This document shows positions 9,784 to 20,543 of a stretch of 64,000 nt of DNA, piece after piece. The translations under genes and the position numbers were made by a program. The DNA is from an uncultured bacterium (GTDB taxonomy: Bacteria; Verrucomicrobiota; Verrucomicrobiia; Limisphaerales; UBA8199). The stretch's first letter is position 1; each line of letters opens with the position of its first letter. The notes beneath the pieces are model-generated. The model saw only the letters and a program-made list of their open reading frames with translations. It was not told the origin of the DNA and did not search any database. The stretch covers positions 128,001 through 192,000 of the forward strand of contig CAVVMW010000007.1 in the NCBI GenBank assembly GCA_963749495.1, given 5' to 3'.

Positions 9784-10750
9784 CTACCGCAATTCTTTCA
9801 AGAACGCGATTTCCTTGCGGATGACTTCCGCGCGCTGGGCCTGGGGGAATTTCCCGAGGGCCTCGTCTTCGACGCACAGGTCGCCCTGATAGGCGGCCCC
9901 GCGCAGGATGGCCAAGGCGCGTTTGTAATCAATGTCGCCCTCGTAGATCGGGCAGTTGTATTGTTCGTAGCCCCAGCCCATTTCGCGCCGGACATTCTTC
10001 TTGTCGTCGGGGAAGCGGATGTTCTTGCAGTGAGTGTGAAAGACCCGCGGGGCGAACTTCTCGTAAATCCGGTATAGCTCGTCGAGCGGATAGCCGTACC
10101 AGTAGAAATTCCCGAGGTCCAGCGTCAAGCCGAGCCTGTCCGAGCCGGCGCCGCCGAAGAGTTTGTCCAGGAAGACCGGGTCATTGGTGGTGTGGCCGTG
10201 GTTCTCGACGCCGAAGCGGACGGCGGTGCCCTCGGCCAGGGAGCAGAGCTGCTTGCAGGCCTGGATGGCGAAGGGGAGGAATTGGCCGGCGCTGAGTTTG
10301 TGAGGCCACACATTGATGCGGACGGCGTTGACGCCCAGGAGCGTGGCGGCCTTGATGATGGCGCGGGCGCAGGCCAACTCGGCTTCCAGCCGCTCGTCCA
10401 GCCGGTTGGACATGCAGAAGGCGGAGATGGCGCAGCCGCTGGAGGCAAGGTCGTCCTTGAGGGCCTGGATCCCTTGCTCTGTGGCCAGGGTGTATTTGCG
10501 CTGCGGGTGGAACAGACCGGGGCAGGCCAGGTCCAGCTCGACCGAGACCTCGGTACACTCGGCCCCAAGGGCCTTCATGGCGGCCCAGCAATCCGGCTGG
10601 CCGGGCGACCCGGAGGTGCGAATCGCGGCAGCCTGCGGGCCAGCGCGTCTGCTGGGCGGCCCCGAGGGCGCGCCCCGCGGAAAGGATCCCGGCCGGCAAG
10701 GCCAGGCCGGTGGTTTTGATGAAATCACGTCGTGAAGCAAAGTGGGTCAT
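9784..10750 (-). CDS. Tat-exported sugar phosphate isomerase/epimerase (xylose-isomerase-like TIM barrel), one frameshift near 10600
   Basis: N-terminus SRRDFIK in one frame; GVENHG, LDLGNF, HTHCKN and LCVEDE in another. Confidence 0.8.
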
Positions 10751-10784
10751 GGGGAACGATTGGGTTGAGGGGGTTGAGGGTGAG

Positions 10785-10867
10785 GAATGACGAATGACGA
10801 ATGACGAATGACGAATATCCCGGCCATGTGTCGTAATCCGGTCCTGTAGTCCTGTAGTCTTGTAGTC
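10785..10867. repeat. Short tandem repeats (GAATGAC)x4 and (GTCCTGTA)x3
   Basis: Directly visible between genes. Confidence 0.85.
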
Positions 10868-10871
10868 GGGT

Positions 10872-12014
10872 TCAGTCGGTGGGCAGTTTCGGGAACGTCT
10901 TGTGCGGCTCTTTCTGGTACCAGAAGGCGACCGAGGCGATATTATCCTTGGCGGGCAGGTAGGTGTCGTCCCCATTCCAGCCGAGGGCCTGGATGGTGAC
11001 CTTGAGGTCCTGGCCGAAGCGGACCGGGTCGGCGATGTGCCATCGATAGAGGCCATAGTGCTGGCCGGGTTGGTCAACCTTGTCCGGGGGGATCACTTGG
11101 GCCAGGCCCGAATAGGGCGTCGAGAAGACCTGGTATTTGCCGGTCTCGGGGTTGACGAAGTCGTACGAGCCGCAGAAATAATCTTCGGTGCCGGTGCCGC
11201 AGATGGTCGGGAACTCCTGGTCGCCGTCGAGGTAGAACTTGATTTCGCCTTCGCCCCACCACCTGGGATTGACGGTCTCCCAGGCCAGGTAGGTGCCGAC
11301 GTACTGGCCCTGGCCCTGGACGCCATCCAGAATGGTGTAGAGGCCCTTTTGCTTGAGCGGCGATTCGCGGCGGAACTGGGCGTGGAAGTAACCGGCGGCC
11401 TGGGGCACCGTGGTGAGGGTGTAGTTGATCTGATAATAGAGGACCATGTTTCTGTCGTCGGTGTTCTCAAGGGTGATCCGGGCCGATTTGCGGAAGGGCA
11501 TGGGCCAGTAGCAATTGAAGGCGCTGCCCGGGTTGACGCAGATCGCCAGCGAACTGATCTGGCAGTACTTGCCCCAGCCGGAGGCAAAGAAATGGCCCAC
11601 CGGGCATTCGACCGAAGGTTCGGTTTCATCGTCCCAACAGAAGCGCAGGATCAACTTGCGGAAGTTGCCGGTCGGGGTCATCCAGATTTGCTGGATGCAG
11701 CCCGCGCCGTCGATCTGGCCCAGGGTGAAGGTGCTCTTGGCCTTGATGACCACCGAGGGCGAGATCTTCCACCCCTGGCCCAGGTCGCGGGCTGCGCCTT
11801 TGCCGGTGCCTTCGGTTGCCATGCCCGCCTTTGCCTTTTCACCGGTGAAATTCTCGGGGCTGATCGAGCGGGTCTGGGCATCCGAGGTCATGTAGAGGTT
11901 GCCAAGGCCCAGGCCCAGTCCGTTATACGGGGCGGCAACTGCAGTGCCGATCGCGGCGCCGCACCACGCGGATACCGAGATCAAAACGAGGGAGCGAAGA
12001 GGCTGTTTCATCAT
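10872..12014 (-). CDS. DUF2961 / GH172 family glycoside hydrolase with signal peptide
   Basis: TRSISPENFTGEK, WWGEGEIKFYLDGD, GTGTEDYF and YRWHIADPVRF motifs. Confidence 0.9.
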   Translation of the reverse strand: MMKQPLRSLVLISVSAWCGAAIGTAVAAPYNGLGLGLGNLYMTSDAQTRSISPENFTGEKAKAGMATEGTGKGAARDLGQGWKISPSVVIKAKSTFTLGQIDGAGCIQQIWMTPTGNFRKLILRFCWDDETEPSVECPVGHFFASGWGKYCQISSLAICVNPGSAFNCYWPMPFRKSARITLENTDDRNMVLYYQINYTLTTVPQAAGYFHAQFRRESPLKQKGLYTILDGVQGQGQYVGTYLAWETVNPRWWGEGEIKFYLDGDQEFPTICGTGTEDYFCGSYDFVNPETGKYQVFSTPYSGLAQVIPPDKVDQPGQHYGLYRWHIADPVRFGQDLKVTIQALGWNGDDTYLPAKDNIASVAFWYQKEPHKTFPKLPTD

Positions 12015-12152
12015 GTTCGAATCCTGGTTATGGATTAAGCACACCGGCCGGCCCACAGGCCGCGGGACCAACTCTATTGGACCGCCAAAAGGGGCGCAAG
12101 TCTGGAACGATTCTCTGTCAACAGGCCCTGTGCCGCGCCGCATCATGCGAGG

Positions 12153-12984
12153 GTGCGTTTTTCGATCGCCACGCCCAGTTACCGCAGTTCGGCCTGGCTG
12201 AAGCTGTGCGTTGCCTCGGTGGCTGACCAGCAGGTCGAGGCCGAACACATCGTCCAGGATGCGGGCTCGGACGATGGGACGCTGGATTGGCTGCTCCAAG
12301 ACCGGCGGGTACGGGCCTTTGTCGAGAAGGACCAGGGGATGTACGACGCGATCAATCGCGGGTTTGGGCGTGCGCAGGGTGAGATTTTGGCCTGGCTGAA
12401 TTGCGACGAGCAGTATTTGACCGGGGCGCTCGAGGCAGTGGGGCGTTTTTTCGGGGAGCACCCGGAGACTGAGGTGGTTTTTGGCAACGTGGTGATGGTC
12501 AACGGCCGGGGAGAGTATCTCTATCATCGGAAGGTGCAGCCGCCGCTCAAGTATCACACCTGGACGTGCCACCTCTCGACACTGAGCTGCGCCACGTTTT
12601 TCCGGCGGCGGCTGGTGGAGGAAACGGGGCTGCTGTTCGATGGGCGCCTGCGGGCTGGGGGCGACGGCAAATGGATGGTGCAACTGCTGCAGCGCGGGGT
12701 GCGCATGGCGGCGCTGAGGCGGTTCACCTCGGCGTTCACCTGGACGGGCACGAACATGAGCGCAGGGCCCAACGCGCGAGCTCGAGAACCGGTCACTCTG
12801 CCTGAGCGCGCCGGCGTGGGCGCGCGGGCTGCGGCCGCTCTGGATAGCGCACCACCGGTTGCGCCGGCTGCTGGGGGGCATGTATCGCCAGGCGCCATTC
12901 GCCTATGAGATTTTCACCCTGGCCGAGCCCGGGCGCCGCCGGCGTTGCGAGGCGGCCCGCCCCGCGTTTCGCCCGCCGCGATGA
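12153..12984 (+). CDS. Glycosyltransferase family 2, frameshift near 12790
   Basis: FSIATPSY, DAGSDDGT, DQGMYDAINRG, WLNCD; the shifted frame ends at TGA 12984, overlapping the next ATG. Confidence 0.8.
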
Positions 12985-13959
12985 AGCCGCAACTGCTGGT
13001 GGTTGAGCTGTGGGGCCTGGGAGACCTGGTGATTGCGACGCCTTTTCTGCGGGCGGCCAGCGAGCGCTACGCGGTGACCTTGCTGGCCAAGCCCTACGCC
13101 CAGGACTTGCAGGTCCGCCTTTGGAGCGAGGTGCGGGTGGTTCCTTTCACCGCGCCCTGGACCGCCTTCACGCACAAATATGTCTTGTGGTCGTGGCCGT
13201 GGTGGGAGATCGACGGCCTCCAAAGGACCTTGGCGGCCGAGCACTTCGAGCTGGGACTCTCGGCGCGCTGGGACCCGCGCGATCATCTCCTGCTGCGGAT
13301 CGGTACACGCGCGGGTGCGCCTGGGATTCCCGCGCCTGGGCAGCCAGATACTATTGAACCGGCCGCTGGAACGGCCCGACCCGGCGGCGCATCGCTACGA
13401 GAACTGGCGCGTCTTGGCCCGGGCGCTCGGGTTCGAGCTGCCGCCCCGCGAGAAACTCGGCTTGACCCGGCTCCGTCCGCAGGGCGAGATCCTGGTCCAT
13501 ACCGGGGCGGGCCAGCCTGTGCGAGTCTGGCCGCTGGAGCGTTACCGGCGCCTGGTCGCCCACCTTCGCCAAGGCGGTTACCGCGTCCGGGTCGCCTGCG
13601 ACCCCGACCAGCAGGCCTGGTGGCTGGCGGCCGGCGAAAGCCATGCCGCCATGCCCGCCTCGGTTGCCGAGTTGCTGGCCCTGGTGGACCGCGCCGGGGC
13701 CTTCATTGGCAACGATTCCGGCCCCGGCCACCTGGCGGCGTTTTGCGGCGTTCCCACCTTCACCATCTTCGGCCCCCAACTGGCCGAGTGGTTTGCCCCT
13801 CTCCACCCCGCCTCCGAGTGGCTGGAGGGCAAGACCTGCCCCTACAAGCCGTGCTCGGATTATTGCCGGTTTGCCTCGCCCTGCTGCATGCTCAACTCCG
13901 GCGAGGACGAGGTGCGGGGGCGGGTGGGGGCCTTCCTGGAGCGCACGTTGAGACCCTGA
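12981..13959 (+). CDS. Glycosyltransferase family 9 (heptosyltransferase-like), frameshift near 13300
   Basis: VELWGLGD N-terminus; RVWPLERY and FIGNDSGPGHLAA...TIFGP in the second frame. Confidence 0.85.
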
Positions 13960-14009
13960 TGGGAGGGGCGGTCGCCTTTTCTGGATGCGCGGCAGGGCCG
14001 CCGCCAGGC

Positions 14010-14145
14010 TAGCGCAGACCTCCGAGTCTGCTGTCTCGCAGGTTTCCAAACCTGCGGGCCAACCGAGGTGCGGACGCGCATGCCTTCAGGGACGCGCAGC
14101 CGACTTGGAAGTCGGCGATACAGCAGACTCGGAGGTCTGCGCTAC
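14010..14145. repeat. REP-like palindrome, family B (TAGCGCAGAC...GTCTGCGCTA)
   Basis: Inverted arms with internal hairpins; related copy at 15039-15173. Confidence 0.8.
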
Positions 14146-14170
14146 GTCACCGTATTTGCGTCCGGTTTAC

Positions 14171-14899
14171 TTAGGCAGCCCGCAGCCCGGCGGTTTCCGT
14201 CCGCCTGAAGCGCAGCGTGAGATAGAAATTGCGAATGCCCAGCTCCTCGAGCGGCAGGCGCACGACGTAATCCTGCCGCAGGCCGGCCGGGTAACTCACG
14301 CTCACCGGGTATTCGCCGGTCAAGGCGCCGCGGCCTTCACAGCGCCAGCACTCATAGGGGCCGGCGCGCCCCCGGCCCCGGCAAGTCGAGCACAGGACGC
14401 GGGTCGGCACCAGGATGCGCACCTCCCCGCCTGCCAGCGCCTGCTGGGCGGACAACGGCACGTCCACCGTCAGGCTCCGCAACTCCTCCGCCTTGGGCCG
14501 GGTGAGCAAGTCGAAGTTGCTCCACAACCGATCGAACAGTTCGTCGAATGCCGGTTGGAAGGTATCGAACGCATGCGAGAGCGAGACATCCGCGAAACTG
14601 GCGGCGGGCCCGACGGCCCTCAACGGCTCAGCCGCACCGCGCTGCACGGCACGCGCCGGGCGGCCGCGCATCGGTTCGGCGCGCGCAACGGGGCACTGTT
14701 CCGTCTGGCCGTCGTAGGCCGCGCGCCGGGCGGGGTCGCTCAGCACTGAGTAGGCCTCCTGCAATTCGAGGAACGGGGCGCTGTCCAAGCCCCAAAGGTC
14801 CGGGTGAAGTTCCAGAGCGCGCTGCTTGTAGGCGAGCTTGATTTGCTCGGGTGTCGCTTGCGGCCGGACCCGCAAGGCCAGGTAGTAGTCCTTTTTCAT
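14171..14899 (-). CDS. DnaJ-domain protein with a single zinc-binding pair
   Basis: KDYY..L, HPD motif, AYSVLSDP; CSTCRGRG and CWRCEGRG. Confidence 0.85.
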   Translation of the reverse strand: MKKDYYLALRVRPQATPEQIKLAYKQRALELHPDLWGLDSAPFLELQEAYSVLSDPARRAAYDGQTEQCPVARAEPMRGRPARAVQRGAAEPLRAVGPAASFADVSLSHAFDTFQPAFDELFDRLWSNFDLLTRPKAEELRSLTVDVPLSAQQALAGGEVRILVPTRVLCSTCRGRGRAGPYECWRCEGRGALTGEYPVSVSYPAGLRQDYVVRLPLEELGIRNFYLTLRFRRTETAGLRAA

Positions 14900-15021
14900 A
14901 TGCGCTCCGATGTGCTCTGGCGCCAATCCCGCCGCCGCCTTCGCAGCAGAACCGCGTCGTCTTGCAAATTATTAGCCGTCTTGCCCTCAAAAAGCAACCG
15001 CCGGTTTATGCCGCAACCCCA

Positions 15022-15222
15022 GGGCCGTTGACAAAGTTGTAGCGCAGGTTTCCAAACCTGCCGTATCGCCGATTTCCAATCGGCAGGGCGTCGGCATATC
15101 GAGTGCCCCCGGTGTGCGGACGGCCTGCGGGTTTGGAAACCCGCGATACAGCAGGTTTGGAAACCTGCGCTACGCCAGCGCCCCGGGCGCACACGCACGC
15201 CGAGCGACTTTGTCAATGGCCC
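15022..15222. mobile_element. MITE-like element: 18-bp imperfect terminal inverted repeats enclosing a family B REP palindrome
   Basis: GGGCCGTTGACAAAGTTG (15022) versus reverse complement of CGACTTTGTCAATGGCCC (15205-15222). Confidence 0.55.
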
Positions 15223-15304
15223 CGGCCGCAACCATTGACGGGACCTTTGTCAAAACGCGGTGGAGGGACATAAGGGACTTAAGGGACGCGCAGGTGCGAC
15301 AGAG

Positions 15305-16111
15305 TCAGCCCTTGCCTGCCTCCAGGGCGCGCTCGTAGGCCCTGTTGACAAGATAGTTTGCGCCCAGGGCCTGGGCCAGGGGGTCGGCCGCGGGGGCGCA
15401 GAAGCCCAGGTGGAGGTGGCGGCGCCAGCCTTCGGCGTGTTTGAAGCGCCGGGACATGCGCCCCACCTCGAGGGACATGTCCTCCATGGCCAGGAGGCAG
15501 GAGCTCATGCCCTGGCTCAGGTCCAGCCAGCGTTGCTGGCTCTTGTGCAGTGCCAGGGCCTCGTGTTTGGTCTTGTGAACGGTTGTGGTATTGACGAAGG
15601 CGCCGGGGATGACCCGTCGGCGCAGGCCGTCGCGCAGGCCCTGGGGCATGGCGTGATAGAGGGTGAGGTCGTAATTGGCGGCGGGGCGCGAGGGGGTGGT
15701 CCTGAAATTGGCCATGCCGCGCGAGAAGGCGGCGGTGACTGCCAGGCGCGAGGTGTTGGCGTGGTCCTCCATGTAGTCCTGGGGCGAGTGCGTCAGGACG
15801 ATGCCGGGCCTGACCTCGCGAATGACCGCCGCCAGGGCGCGGAGCAGTTCGAGGCTGTAAACCACCTCGAGGTCGTCGGCGAGGCTGGGCAGGAACTGGG
15901 CGCCCAGGAGCTTGGCGGCGGCGCGGGCCTCGGTGTTGCGGATAGCGCGGGTGGCGGCGGCGTTGTATTCGCTGCCGCCGCAGTTGCCGCTGGCCACGGT
16001 CAGGTAATGGGTGGCGTAGCCGGCCTTCTTGAGCAGCAGCAGCGTTCCGGCCATCTGGAACTCGATGTCGTCGGGGTGCGCGGCGATGGCAATGGCGACT
16101 TTGTTGGTCAT
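15305..16111 (-). CDS. PIG-L/LmbE family N-deacetylase
   Basis: AHPDDIE, R..EA..AA..LG, DYMEDH and HKSQ motifs. Confidence 0.9.
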   Translation of the reverse strand: MTNKVAIAIAAHPDDIEFQMAGTLLLLKKAGYATHYLTVASGNCGGSEYNAAATRAIRNTEARAAAKLLGAQFLPSLADDLEVVYSLELLRALAAVIREVRPGIVLTHSPQDYMEDHANTSRLAVTAAFSRGMANFRTTPSRPAANYDLTLYHAMPQGLRDGLRRRVIPGAFVNTTTVHKTKHEALALHKSQQRWLDLSQGMSSCLLAMEDMSLEVGRMSRRFKHAEGWRRHLHLGFCAPAADPLAQALGANYLVNRAYERALEAGKG

Positions 16112-16229
16112 GGTATCCGGTATTCTTTAATGGGACAAACCCATGCGACAACCTTTGGAGAAGATTGTCAAAACAAAAGCAATGGGAGTGGCGCAGCCCG
16201 AGCAGATTGAGTAGAGTCTTTGCCGGACT

Positions 16230-16760
16230 ATGAAAATTCAGGATCTGACGGTCGGCCAGCGGGTCAAGCACCCTCATTACGGTATCGGCGTGGTCAAGAG
16301 CATCTCCGAGCACCTGGCCGACATCCGGTTTGACGACGCGACGCGCTCGCTGGACCCTGACGCCAGCGAGGTGACGCCGGCGGAGCCGAGCCTGGCCGTT
16401 TCCGGCCTCGAAGGCCCCTTGCGGCCGTTCGTCGAATCCATCATCCAGGGCGTGGTCGACCGCCTGGGTATCGAGAAGCCCGACGCCGTGGTCGCACAAC
16501 TGGCCGCCCGCTGGCACAAGGGCAAGCTGGTGCTGCACCCCGCCGACCCGGCTTTGGCCACCAAGGAAGTCCCCATCGAGGTCTTCTTCCACAAGATTGT
16601 GGGCCTGCGCAACCAACTGCGGGTCCTGGAGCAGAAGATCAATGCCCATCCCACACTTACTGACGGCGAGAAGATCGAGATGGAGCAATACATCACCCGC
16701 TGTTATGGCTCGCTGACGACCTTCAACCTGCTCTTCCGAGAGAAGGAGGACCAGTTTTGA
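16230..16760 (+). CDS. Hypothetical protein with N-terminal SH3/Tudor-like region
   Basis: GQRVKHPHYGIGVV resembles UvrD-C/CarD-type beta domains; host-like codon usage. Confidence 0.7.
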   Translation: MKIQDLTVGQRVKHPHYGIGVVKSISEHLADIRFDDATRSLDPDASEVTPAEPSLAVSGLEGPLRPFVESIIQGVVDRLGIEKPDAVVAQLAARWHKGKLVLHPADPALATKEVPIEVFFHKIVGLRNQLRVLEQKINAHPTLTDGEKIEMEQYITRCYGSLTTFNLLFREKEDQF

Positions 16761-16825
16761 AGGAGGGCCGGTTTTCAAGGAGGACGAGTTTTGACTGGAG
16801 ATCCGAAACCCTAAACCCGAAGAAT

Positions 16826-16891
16826 CCGATAGCCGATAGCCAATAGCCAATAGCCAATGGCCGATAGCCAATAGCCAATGGCCGATAGCCG
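16826..16891. repeat. Heptamer tandem repeat (CCRATRG) about 9 copies
   Basis: Directly visible upstream of nagB. Confidence 0.85.
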
Positions 16892-16911
16892 AAATCGGAA
16901 ACCCGTCCAGA

Positions 16912-17697
16912 ATGGAAGTCATTATCCAGCCCAATGGCGAGACCGCCGCCGACCTGGTGGCGCGGATAATCGCCCGCGAATTGCGCGCCAACCCGCACCT
17001 GGTGCTGGGCCTGGCCACCGGCAAGACGATGGAACTGGTTTACCGCCACCTGGTCCGCGCGCACCACGAGCAGAATCTCGACTTCTCGCTGTGCAGCACC
17101 TTCAACCTCGATGAATATGTCGGGTTGTTGCCCAGCGACCCCAACTCCTACCGCCACTACATGGATCATCACCTGTTCCGCCACGTGAATATCGACCCGC
17201 GGAACACACACCTGCCCAACGGCATGGCGGCGGACCTGGACGAGGAATGCCGCCGCTACGAGGCGAGCATCAAGCGGTTTGGGGGCATCGACCTGCAACT
17301 GCTGGGCATCGGCAAGGCCGGGCACATCGGCTTCAACGAGCCGCTCTCGGCCTTGCGCTCCCGCACGCGCGTCAAGGCCCTGACCGCCGCCACGCTGAGG
17401 CAAAACGCCCCCTTCTTCGGGGGCGAAGACAAGATGCCCCGCCGCGCCATCACCATGGGCGTGGGGACGATCATCGAGGCGCGCCGGTGCCTGCTCCTGG
17501 CCACCGGCGACCTCAAGGCCCCCGTCCTGGCCCAGGCCGTCGAGGGCCCTATCACCAGCATGGTCTCCGCCTCCGCCCTCCAACTCCACCCCCACTGCAC
17601 CGTGGTGGTCGACGAAGCCGCCGCCGGCAGGCTCGCCGGCAAGGACTACTACCGTTGGATCTTCGACAACGAGCCCGAATGGGAGGAATACAGGTAG
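16912..17697 (+). CDS. nagB: Glucosamine-6-phosphate deaminase
   Basis: LGLATG, TFNLDEYVGL, GGIDLQLLGIG..GHIGFNEP and AITMGVGTI motifs. Confidence 0.95.
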   Translation: MEVIIQPNGETAADLVARIIARELRANPHLVLGLATGKTMELVYRHLVRAHHEQNLDFSLCSTFNLDEYVGLLPSDPNSYRHYMDHHLFRHVNIDPRNTHLPNGMAADLDEECRRYEASIKRFGGIDLQLLGIGKAGHIGFNEPLSALRSRTRVKALTAATLRQNAPFFGGEDKMPRRAITMGVGTIIEARRCLLLATGDLKAPVLAQAVEGPITSMVSASALQLHPHCTVVVDEAAAGRLAGKDYYRWIFDNEPEWEEYR

Positions 17698-17814
17698 GCA
17701 GCCCAGCGGAGCTGGGGCACGAAGCCAGGCCGCAAAATCTGAAATCCGAAGCAGGTCGGACGCGTCAGACAAGTCCGACGGGTCCGACCCGGGCCACGGT
17801 GACGCAGAAAGCAC

Positions 17815-18222
17815 TCACGCCGCCGGCTGGGGATTGAGCCGGACCATGAGGGGGATGCTGACCAGGGATTGGCTGTCGAACGTGACGTCGATCGAATAGA
17901 GCCCGGGGTTGGCGAATTTCAACTGCTGGATGTTCACGATGAAGTTGCGAGTGCCGAAGTGGAGGTCATCGGGCAGCGCCACCTCCACCGGGATGGGCGG
18001 CAGCCCGGACATGATCGAACGCCCGTCGGCATCGACAAAGTTGATGCGAAGCTGGTGCTTGCCTTCGTCGCCGCCAAAGAAGGTCACTCGCAAGGCGATC
18101 GAGCACTGGGGATGCACGGCGGGCAACTGCCGCGTGTAGATAGTGTCGAACGCGCCGAGCAGGTTCAGCTTGCCGTTGTCGTCGGTGGCCGCGTCGCACA
18201 GGACCGCAACTTGGATGTTCAT
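17815..18222 (-). CDS. Hypothetical beta-sandwich protein (DUF6941-like)
   Basis: LCDAA...GKLNLLGAFD...PGLYSI pattern. Confidence 0.7.
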   Translation of the reverse strand: MNIQVAVLCDAATDDNGKLNLLGAFDTIYTRQLPAVHPQCSIALRVTFFGGDEGKHQLRINFVDADGRSIMSGLPPIPVEVALPDDLHFGTRNFIVNIQQLKFANPGLYSIDVTFDSQSLVSIPLMVRLNPQPAA

Positions 18223-18468
18223 CGCAATTCCGTCAACCTCGGTGCGGCCGGGTGCCGCAACCGGCCCAAGGCTTAAACCCCTTGCCCGAGCCAGACAAGC
18301 GCATTTAGGAGGCCATTCACAATAACATGGACAACGGGCGCGCCGGGATTTTGACCGCTGGCGAGGCGCGAGCCAGGAGCATACCCGCAGCGGTCTGTAA
18401 CGAGCGAGCAACGAAGCCAGCGGTCAAAAGACCAAGCGAACGTGTTCATGTTATTGTGAATGGCCTCC

Positions 18469-19440
18469 TTAGTTGCCCTGCCAGCGCCGGCCAGGCTGGC
18501 GGGTGCGGCCTTGGGCCTCCTGGATGAGGGGCGGCGCCGTGTCGGGCACGGCGGCGGGTTGGTAGCCGATCCGCCCGTCGGTGTTGGGCAGGTCGCCGAC
18601 CAGGTCCTTGAACTCGTCCAACTCCGAGAGCCACTTGTTGGTCTGGTCCAGGTGCTCCACCGTGGCGTCGATGCGGGCGGTGAGGTTCTCGGCGTTCTTG
18701 GTGGCGATGGCGTCGGCGCGGATGAGCTTGATTTGCTGGTCCAGGCGGTCTTCCTCGGAGACGACCAGTTCGAGGTTGGCGCGTGCCTGTTCGGTTCGCT
18801 GGAGGCGTTTGCGGAGGACCTCCAGGCGTTCGAGGCGGGAGCCCAGGTAGCGTTGGCGGGTCTCCAGGAGCGGCGAGGGGCCCTGGGCCTTGAGCGCCTC
18901 GATGTCGGCGTTGAGGCGGGCGGCCTCGGCCTCGGCTTGCTTGACGAGGTCGGGGAGCTTTTCCCGGCTTTCGGTCTCCAGGAATCTGCCGAGCGATTCT
19001 TCGATGCTGAGCAGGCGCAGGCAGGTCCACATCAACTCGTCGAGCTTGCGCAGGCGCGGGTCGGGGAGGGCCTCGCCCGAGGGCGGCGGGCTGTCGGCGC
19101 CGGCGGTCTCGATGTCCCCGCACACCTGGGCCAGGCGCGCGTAGCGTTCCCGGTTTGGCGGGCAAAGCGAGCGCACCAGGGCATCGCGGCGCTGGACGAA
19201 CTCGGCGACCTTTTGGGCCTCGGCCGCGCGCCGGGCCGCCTCGTGGCGGCGGTCAACCCAGCCGCGGAACCAGCGCAGGTCCGGCAGGTAAATCCACCCC
19301 AGGGCATAAGCGGTCACCCCGGCGATGAGCCCCAGCACCTGCGCGCTCAGGAAACCCAGCCCCAGCGTCACCAGCCCCAGCGCCGCATGGTGCGGGCTTC
19401 TCAGAAATTCGCCGCGATAATTTGGCGCTTGGTCGTCCAT
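18469..19440 (-). CDS. Hypothetical membrane-anchored coiled-coil protein, last gene of the PspA-ABC cluster
   Basis: Two N-terminal hydrophobic segments followed by long heptad-rich helices. Confidence 0.75.
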   Translation of the reverse strand: MDDQAPNYRGEFLRSPHHAALGLVTLGLGFLSAQVLGLIAGVTAYALGWIYLPDLRWFRGWVDRRHEAARRAAEAQKVAEFVQRRDALVRSLCPPNRERYARLAQVCGDIETAGADSPPPSGEALPDPRLRKLDELMWTCLRLLSIEESLGRFLETESREKLPDLVKQAEAEAARLNADIEALKAQGPSPLLETRQRYLGSRLERLEVLRKRLQRTEQARANLELVVSEEDRLDQQIKLIRADAIATKNAENLTARIDATVEHLDQTNKWLSELDEFKDLVGDLPNTDGRIGYQPAAVPDTAPPLIQEAQGRTRQPGRRWQGN

Positions 19441-19661
19441 GCGCGATTCTTGGCCCATTCTAAACGAAAGCCGGCCGGCGGGACAGGGAAAAAGGGAAAG
19501 GGACAAAAGGGACCTAAGGGACGCAAGGGACGAAAGCGACGGCGACCGGCCAGCCGCGGGCGAGAGGAAGGCCCATTTTCACGTCTTCTTGGTTTTCTTC
19601 GTTTTCTTCGTTTCCTTCTGTTCCCATGGTGTTTTTCTCGGTCTCCTTCGTTTTCTTTTGT

Positions 19662-20540
19662 TCACACCTTGACCCCCGGCGGGGCCGGGGACTCTTCCTC
19701 CAGCCGGCGGAGCAGGGTCTGGCAAAACTCGATGAACCACGGTTTGCGGCGGAATTGCTCCGGCGGCTCCGAGGGCCGAGGGACCTTGAGGATCTCGACG
19801 AGCCGGCCCGGATTGGCGGCCATGAGATAGACCCGGTCGCCCAAATAGACTGCCTCCTCGACGGAGTGAGTGACCAGGAAGACGGTCTCCTCCTGCTGGC
19901 TCCAGAGGTGGATGAGCAGTTCCTGCATGCGCAGCCGGATGCCCGGGTCCAGCGCCCCGAACGGCTCGTCCATGAGGAGGATGCGCGGCTGCAGGATGAG
20001 CGTGGCCGCGATCGCCACCCGCTGCTGCATCCCGCCTGAGAGCGCCGAGGGGAACTTTGTCTCGAAGCCCTCCAGGCCCACCTTTTTCACCCATTCCTGC
20101 GCCCGGTCCCGGCGCTCGGAGCGGGCGACGCCCCGGAGCTTCAAACCGAAGGCGATATTCTCGACGACACTCAAGTGCGGCAGCAGCGAGTATCTCTGGT
20201 CCACCAGCCCGCGGTCCGGACCCGGCTCCAGGATCGGCTTGCCGAAGACGCTCACATGCCCGCAAGTGGGCGGGAAGTGGGGCTTGAGGCCGGCGATGAT
20301 CCGCAGCAGCGTCAACTTGCCGCACCCGGAAGGGCCGACAATCGTCACCAATTCGCCGATGTCCGGCGCGTCTTCCACCACGAAGGAAACATCTTTGATG
20401 GCGGTCCTGGCCTCCGGGCCTTGGCCAAAGGTCTTGGTCACATTCTTGAAGACCACCACATCGGGAGGAGGGGGCGCGGCCGGTTTCGCGGCCTGGGTTT
20501 GGGCCGGAGCGGCGGTGGGAGTGTCCGTGGGGCGATCCAT
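19662..20540 (-). CDS. NitT/TauT family ABC transporter ATP-binding protein
   Basis: GPSGCGK(L)T, LSGGMQQR, LLMDEPFGALD and VTHS motifs. Confidence 0.92.
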   Translation of the reverse strand: MDRPTDTPTAAPAQTQAAKPAAPPPPDVVVFKNVTKTFGQGPEARTAIKDVSFVVEDAPDIGELVTIVGPSGCGKLTLLRIIAGLKPHFPPTCGHVSVFGKPILEPGPDRGLVDQRYSLLPHLSVVENIAFGLKLRGVARSERRDRAQEWVKKVGLEGFETKFPSALSGGMQQRVAIAATLILQPRILLMDEPFGALDPGIRLRMQELLIHLWSQQEETVFLVTHSVEEAVYLGDRVYLMAANPGRLVEILKVPRPSEPPEQFRRKPWFIEFCQTLLRRLEEESPAPPGVKV

Positions 20541-20543
20541 GGC

